This document shows positions 59,637 to 64,000 of a stretch of 64,000 nt of DNA, piece by piece. Source of the DNA: Escherichia phage teqdroes. Below the pieces are notes generated by a model that ran no database searches, had not been told where the DNA came from, and saw only the letters and a program-made list of their open reading frames with translations. Position 1 is the stretch's first letter, and the number at the start of each line of letters is the position of its first letter. The stretch lies in sequence record NC_054932.1, one strand, 5' to 3'. The translations under genes and the position numbers were made by a program.

Positions 59637-60112
59637 TTGTAAAATATATCAAGGGCGATATTGTCGCCCTATTTCTTCAAGGTAATATTATTGCGCACGG
59701 GTGCAATTGTTTTCATACTATGGGTTCAGGTGTAGCGGGTCAATTAGCAAGAGCCTATCCCAAAATTTTAGAAATAGATAAAACTACTACCGAGTACGGT
59801 TCTCGTGATAAATTAGGCGATATGTCTATTGTTTTTAAACATAATCCTACAGGATTTGGTATATGCTATAACCTGTATACGCAATACGAACCGGGTCCTA
59901 ATCTTGATTATGGTGCTTTAGTAAACTGCATGATAGAATTAAATCTACAGGCAGAAACCCTTTTGTTTAAACCAGTAATTTACATTCCACGCATAGGTTG
60001 TGGTATTGCTGGCGGTGATTGGGATAAGGTTTCTAAATTAATCGACATGTTTACTCCTGATATTGATTTAATAGTGGTGGATTATGAAAGTACATTACCC
60101 GCATCCGTTTGA
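59633..60112 (+). CDS. macro-domain-like protein (possible ADP-ribose binding or hydrolase)
   Basis: 159-aa ORF; AHGCNCFHTMGSGVAGQLARAYP resembles the macro-domain N-x-x-N ... G-x-G-V-A-x-x-[IL] core. Confidence 0.45.
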   Translation: MIVKYIKGDIVALFLQGNIIAHGCNCFHTMGSGVAGQLARAYPKILEIDKTTTEYGSRDKLGDMSIVFKHNPTGFGICYNLYTQYEPGPNLDYGALVNCMIELNLQAETLLFKPVIYIPRIGCGIAGGDWDKVSKLIDMFTPDIDLIVVDYESTLPASV

Positions 60113-60296
60113 TCCTAAAAACAAAGCAGAAATTATTCGTCAATGGGAACGCATTTGCCGTACTAAATGCCCAATTAATAGTCCACATGATGTAGATAAA
60201 GACTATATTGGAACATTCGTTGAATATACCTTTATTGATAGGAAAGGTCGTAAACAACATGTAGAAGAATATTGCTTAAAGGTTACATGGTTATGA
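60084..60296 (+). CDS. hypothetical protein
   Basis: 70-aa ORF overlapping the previous ORF end. Confidence 0.4.
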   Translation: MKVHYPHPFDPKNKAEIIRQWERICRTKCPINSPHDVDKDYIGTFVEYTFIDRKGRKQHVEEYCLKVTWL

Positions 60297-60499
60297 GCCA
60301 AACTAGTATTCTTAAAAATGCTCATTGTGAAAAGTGTAAATGGCCGGTTGTTTTTGCTTTATGTAATGATGAAATGGCTTGCGATTTCGATTATTGGTGC
60401 TATTGTTCTAATAAAGGATGCATCAATCATAAAGGTGAAGGATTTTATTCAGGATTTTATCCTTATCCTGATTTCGTTAAAGAAGGTAAACCAAAATGA
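60287..60499 (+). CDS. small Cys-rich protein (possible zinc-binding)
   Basis: CEKCKW...CNDEMACDFDYWCYCSNKGC; start 60287 or 60293. Confidence 0.45.
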   Translation: MVMSQTSILKNAHCEKCKWPVVFALCNDEMACDFDYWCYCSNKGCINHKGEGFYSGFYPYPDFVKEGKPK

Positions 60500-60672
60500 A
60501 TGATGATTTAAAATATCAACTATTACGTGAACTCGATGTTTTGATTGAACTTTCTGCACAAAAAGGATTTATAATTGGATCGGGTCAAAAAGACCCCAAC
60601 GGTCATTTAATCGTAGCGGTTATGAATCAGAAACGAGTCATTTTAAAACTTTTGGGGATTAACATACTGTGA
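60496..60672 (+). CDS. hypothetical small protein, 58 aa; not in the supplied ORF track
   Basis: ATG overlaps the previous stop (ATGA). Confidence 0.4.
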   Translation: MNDDLKYQLLRELDVLIELSAQKGFIIGSGQKDPNGHLIVAVMNQKRVILKLLGINIL

Positions 60673-60854
60673 GCCTAAGCAAAGAACAAAAAGATAAATT
60701 GTTTGAGCTTATCCATGAACTTCTAGATGAGCATACAGAAGCAAACACCTTTTATGATGAATACGGCCCGCTATCTCCCGAACAGCAGGAAGAATTTGCT
60801 GATCGGTTTGATAAGAAAGAAAATGAATTAATAGCTTATGTGAATACGCTTTAA
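60669..60854 (+). CDS. small helical protein, member of the ~60-aa paralog family
   Basis: GTG start overlapping the previous stop (GTGA); MSLSKEQKDKLFELIHELL. Confidence 0.4.
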   Translation: MSLSKEQKDKLFELIHELLDEHTEANTFYDEYGPLSPEQQEEFADRFDKKENELIAYVNTL

Positions 60855-60863
60855 GAAGGTGAT

Positions 60864-61445
60864 ATGGCGAGTTTAATTTTTACTTATGCAGCAATGAATG
60901 CTGGAAAATCTGCTTCTCTTTTAACTGCTGCGCATAATTATAAAGAACGTGGAATGAGTGTATTAGTTCTTAAGCCTGCTATTGATACTCGCGATTCTGT
61001 CTGTGAAGTCGTTTCTCGCATTGGAATTAAGCAGGAAGCGAATATTATTACAGATGATATGGATATTTTCGAGTTCTATAAATGGGCTGAAGCACAAAAA
61101 GATATTCATTGCGTATTTGTAGATGAAGCTCAGTTTTTAAAAACTGAACAGGTGCATCAATTGAGCCGAATTGTTGATACATATAATGTTCCTGTTATGG
61201 CTTATGGATTAAGGACTGATTTCGCTGGAAAATTATTTGAAGGTTCTAAAGAACTTTTAGCGATTGCAGATAAACTTATTGAACTAAAAGCAGTTTGTCA
61301 TTGTGGTAAAAAAGCGATTATGACAGCTCGATTAATGGAAGATGGAACACCAGTTAAAGAAGGTAATCAAATCTGTATTGGTGATGAAATTTATGTTTCT
61401 TTGTGTAGAAAACATTGGAATGAATTAACCAAAAAGCTCGGTTAG
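60864..61445 (+). CDS. tk: thymidine kinase
   Basis: 193 aa; P-loop AAMNAGKS; C-terminal CHCGK...C zinc motif. Confidence 0.9.
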   Translation: MASLIFTYAAMNAGKSASLLTAAHNYKERGMSVLVLKPAIDTRDSVCEVVSRIGIKQEANIITDDMDIFEFYKWAEAQKDIHCVFVDEAQFLKTEQVHQLSRIVDTYNVPVMAYGLRTDFAGKLFEGSKELLAIADKLIELKAVCHCGKKAIMTARLMEDGTPVKEGNQICIGDEIYVSLCRKHWNELTKKLG

Positions 61446-61454
61446 TGCAAAAGT

Positions 61455-61462
61455 TATAAATA
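61455..61462 (+). promoter_or_regulatory. late promoter core TATAAATA
   Basis: Exact motif about 25 nt upstream of the ATG at 61488. Confidence 0.45.
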
Positions 61463-61487
61463 GGTTTATCTAACTAAAGGGGTATAT

Positions 61488-61700
61488 ATGCTACAATTAA
61501 CTGAAAAGCAACTTCGCAATCTTACTGTTCTTCAATTAGATGAAATTCGTAGGGAAGTTGGAAATATCATTTCAGCTTTGCGTCGAGAAGTATCACTCAA
61601 CCAATCTCCGGCAGACTATACTAGATTGCGAAATTTTGAAAAATACCTTGATAAAGTTAAGGCCGTGCATCGGCATAAAGTAAATACAGGACAAAAATGA
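61488..61700 (+). CDS. hypothetical small helical protein
   Basis: 70-aa ORF. Confidence 0.5.
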
Positions 61701-61712
61701 TAGGAGGCCTTT

Positions 61713-62006
61713 ATGGCCTTAAAAGCAACGGCACTTTTTGCCATGCTAGGATTGTCATTTGTTTTATCTCCATCGATTGAAGCGAATGTCGATCCTCATT
61801 TTGATAAATTTATGGAATCTGGTATTAGGCACGTTTATATGCTTTTTGAAAATAAAAGCGTAGAATCGTCTGAACAATTCTATAGTTTTATGAGAACGAC
61901 CTATAAAAATGACCCGTGCTCTTCTGATTTTGAATGTATAGAACGAGGCGCGGAGATGGCACAATCATACGCTAGAATTATGAACATTAAATTGGAGACT
62001 GAATGA
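61713..62006 (+). CDS. rI: lysis inhibition regulator rI (periplasmic antiholin)
   Basis: 97 aa with N-terminal signal/anchor MALKATALFAMLGLSFVLSPSIEA. Confidence 0.85.
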   Translation: MALKATALFAMLGLSFVLSPSIEANVDPHFDKFMESGIRHVYMLFENKSVESSEQFYSFMRTTYKNDPCSSDFECIERGAEMAQSYARIMNIKLETE

Positions 62007-62389
62007 AATTCAGCGACTTTTCACAAAGTGGAAAACCTTCAAAGGCAGATGAATACTTAGGTTTATTAATGGCTGCACAAGCTTATTTTCATTCTGCACA
62101 TTTTGAAACTAAAAGTTATGCTAGACACAAAGCATACGATTTTATTTTCTCCGAGTTGCCAGATTTGATTGATAAATTTGGTGAGCAATATTTGGGGTAT
62201 TCTGGTAGAAAATACACACCTTCAATTCCAGATGCCAGTAAACTTCCTACCGACACAATTAAAATGATTGATCGCATACTAGACCAATCTAACAGCATTT
62301 ATAAAGAAATGCCTCCAGCCATTCAAAGCACGATAGATGATATTACTGGAATGTTTTACCAGAGTAAGTATCTTCTTTCCCTCGAATAA
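62003..62389 (+). CDS. hypothetical protein (rI.1 position)
   Basis: 128-aa ORF overlapping the rI stop. Confidence 0.6.
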
Positions 62390-62393
62390 CATT

Positions 62394-62416
62394 AGTCTCC
62401 TTCGGGAGACTTTTTT
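62394..62416 (+). terminator. rho-independent terminator AGTCTCC-UUCG-GGAGACT plus T6
   Basis: Read from sequence. Confidence 0.65.
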
Positions 62417-62426
62417 CATTTTACCG

Positions 62427-62458
62427 GTTTACTTTCCGTCTGAGCCGTGGTACTATAC
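62427..62458 (+). promoter_or_regulatory. early promoter (GTTTAC ... GTGGTACTATAC)
   Basis: Read from sequence. Confidence 0.5.
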
Positions 62459-62484
62459 AACCATCGGATAAAGAGGAGAACATC

Positions 62485-62673
62485 ATGAAAATTGAAGCAC
62501 TTAATCAAGAAGGAAATATCTACGTCATCATTAATGGTGATTTTTTCGTCGACATGGATGAAGTTACTAGTGAAGAACTTGTAGAACTTCTTAAGAAACG
62601 TTATAATATGTGTGATGAAGTTGCAACTCACATGGCGTGTGCAATATTCTCTCTTTCATATGTGGTGGAATAA
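62485..62673 (+). CDS. hypothetical small protein
   Basis: 62-aa ORF. Confidence 0.45.
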
Positions 62674-62876
62674 TGATTAGTATCGAACAAGCGGATAAGA
62701 TTAAAGAATTGGTAGCTTTAATTCGTAAAGCAGACGAGGAACTTAGTGACTTTGCTTGGTTTTCGTCAGGCATTGCAAATAAAGGCATTGATGAACTTGA
62801 AGCTAAAGTTGATAATGCTTTAGAAGCGTTAGATATGTTTCTTGATGAAATTATCGATCATAATACGAGAGTTTAA
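62673..62876 (+). CDS. small helical protein, paralog family
   Basis: Start [13 protein letters not shown] overlapping the previous stop. Confidence 0.45.
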   Translation: MISIEQADKIKELVALIRKADEELSDFAWFSSGIANKGIDELEAKVDNALEALDMFLDEIIDHNTRV

Positions 62877-62878
62877 GT

Positions 62879-63073
62879 ATGCTAACACGTGAACAGTTTG
62901 AAAAAATCATTAAATTAGCACGTGATATTGAAATAGATTCATACCAATTAGCAGTTGAGCATTGTGAAGGATATTCATACGACGGTATAGAAGCAGCTAA
63001 AAGAGATTTGGATAAATCCAAAGCTAAGTTAGTTCAATATCTTGAAATGATTAGGTGGAATAATGAAAACTGA
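62879..63073 (+). CDS. small helical protein, paralog family
   Basis: MLTREQFEKIIKLARDIE... Confidence 0.45.
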   Translation: MLTREQFEKIIKLARDIEIDSYQLAVEHCEGYSYDGIEAAKRDLDKSKAKLVQYLEMIRWNNEN

Positions 63074-63236
63074 AAAGCAGATGTTTTTAATGAAGCTAAT
63101 TGAAGAATATGCTAATGCAGTTTCTGACTATGAGTATTCTGCTCGGGAAAGAGGTACGGCTTTCGCTAAAGAAGAATTGAAAATCATGGTTGATGCTCAT
63201 ACAAAGCTTCAGAATTTTATCGAAAACGTCATTTAA
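63063..63236 (+). CDS. small helical protein, 57 aa, paralog family; not in the supplied ORF track
   Basis: MKTEKQMFLMKLIEEYANAV...; ATG inside the previous ORF's last codons. Confidence 0.4.
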   Translation: MKTEKQMFLMKLIEEYANAVSDYEYSARERGTAFAKEELKIMVDAHTKLQNFIENVI

Positions 63237-63238
63237 TG

Positions 63239-63270
63239 GTTTACAAGTTGGCAAGGTTATGGTATAGTAA
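63239..63270 (+). promoter_or_regulatory. early promoter (GTTTAC ... TGGTATAGTAA) with imperfect flanking inverted repeat
   Basis: Read from sequence. Confidence 0.5.
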
Positions 63271-63400
63271 TCTTGTCAACTGCCAAGGAGAAGAGAATGA
63301 AAGTTTTGTTTGTTGTGTATGTGATGATTCAATATAATTACCCAATGTTTACTTATAATTTGGTAAACAACATTATTGATATGATTCAGAGGAGTATGTA

Positions 63401-63586
63401 ATGACAAGTGAGCAGGCTTTTAAATTAAGAGAATTAATTGAGACGTATAGTAAAGCTGTTCATACATCAACAATTATTGATGAATCAGCTTTCTCCGGAC
63501 ATGCTAACAAGATTAAATACAAAACTCTTATGGAAGAAGCTAAAGTAAATCTTGATTCTTATATTGAAACTTTAATTGGTAAATAA
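63401..63586 (+). CDS. small helical protein, paralog family
   Basis: MTSEQAFKLRELIETYSKAV... Confidence 0.45.
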   Translation: MTSEQAFKLRELIETYSKAVHTSTIIDESAFSGHANKIKYKTLMEEAKVNLDSYIETLIGK

Positions 63587-63587
63587 T

Positions 63588-64000
63588 ATGAAAGCTGTAA
63601 TTGAAACAACTGATTTGTTCGGTGACCTAGTTATCGAAAAACGCGGTAATGTATACGTTCTGACGCAGGAAGACGATAGTATTACTATTCTTCCTATGGA
63701 ACTGGCTGCGATTTTATCTTATGCTCCCTCAGGAGTTACCGGTGTAACTAATATTACAGGTGACCTCCAAGTTCGTTTTTATCGTGGCCTTTACGGCGGT
63801 AATATTGAAACTGAATTTATGTGTCTTTCTATCAACAATTGGGCAACATTCGTTGCCAAGGTGAAAGAATTCTTAGAATCTGAAACAGTTGAAACACCCG
63901 AAAAGGATAAACTTCAATGGGCTAAAGATCGCGGTGCTAACATTATTAATCCAGTAGCTGCAAACTATACTACGACTTTGGATGTCAAGACTTCTTATGA
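63588..64000 (+). CDS. hypothetical protein, 5' part (continues beyond the window end)
   Basis: ORF from ATG 63588 is open to the window end. Confidence 0.5.
   Translation, partial: MKAVIETTDLFGDLVIEKRGNVYVLTQEDDSITILPMELAAILSYAPSGVTGVTNITGDLQVRFYRGLYGGNIETEFMCLSINNWATFVAKVKEFLESETVETPEKDKLQWAKDRGANIINPVAANYTTTLDVKTSY

Overview
This window is a contiguous segment of a T4-like (T-even, Tevenvirinae) myovirus genome. All calls rest on reading the sequence and the supplied ORF track against remembered T4 gene order, protein lengths and a few recognised sequences; no database search was run. Positions 1-42800 are the late morphogenesis block, mostly on the minus strand, with ORF lengths and order matching T4: gp54 (partial), 48, 29, 28, 27, 51, then plus-strand 26, 25, uvsY, then uvsW, inh, hoc, rnlB, then minus-strand 24, 23, 22, 21, 68, 67, 20, 19, 18, 17, 16, 15, 14, 13, wac, 12, 11, 10, 9, 8, 7, 6, 5.4, 5.1, 5, 53. 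Many of these genes are preceded by a TATAAATA late-promoter motif and followed by a GC-rich tetraloop hairpin. Positions 42800-64000 are plus-strand early and accessory genes: 4, 2, 3, 1, 57A, 57B, ipI, a ten-gene tRNA cluster split by a segB-like GIY-YIG homing endonuclease, a likely stable-RNA region, nudE, e (lysozyme), denV, six vs.8-vs.3-position ORFs, regB, tk, rI, and many small ORFs behind GTTTAC...TAtAAT early promoters. The lysozyme and denV proteins are very close to, but not identical with, T4 as I recall it, so this is a T4 relative rather than T4 itself. The most interesting material is in the accessory half: three extra ORFs with internal-protein-type capsid-targeting N-termini, promoter-in-hairpin cassettes including a 55-bp exact repeat, a tandem array of translationally coupled membrane-protein ORFs sharing a recoded junction motif, a family of ~60-aa helical paralogs, a macro-domain-like ORF, and a tRNA set that appears to differ from the canonical T4 set.
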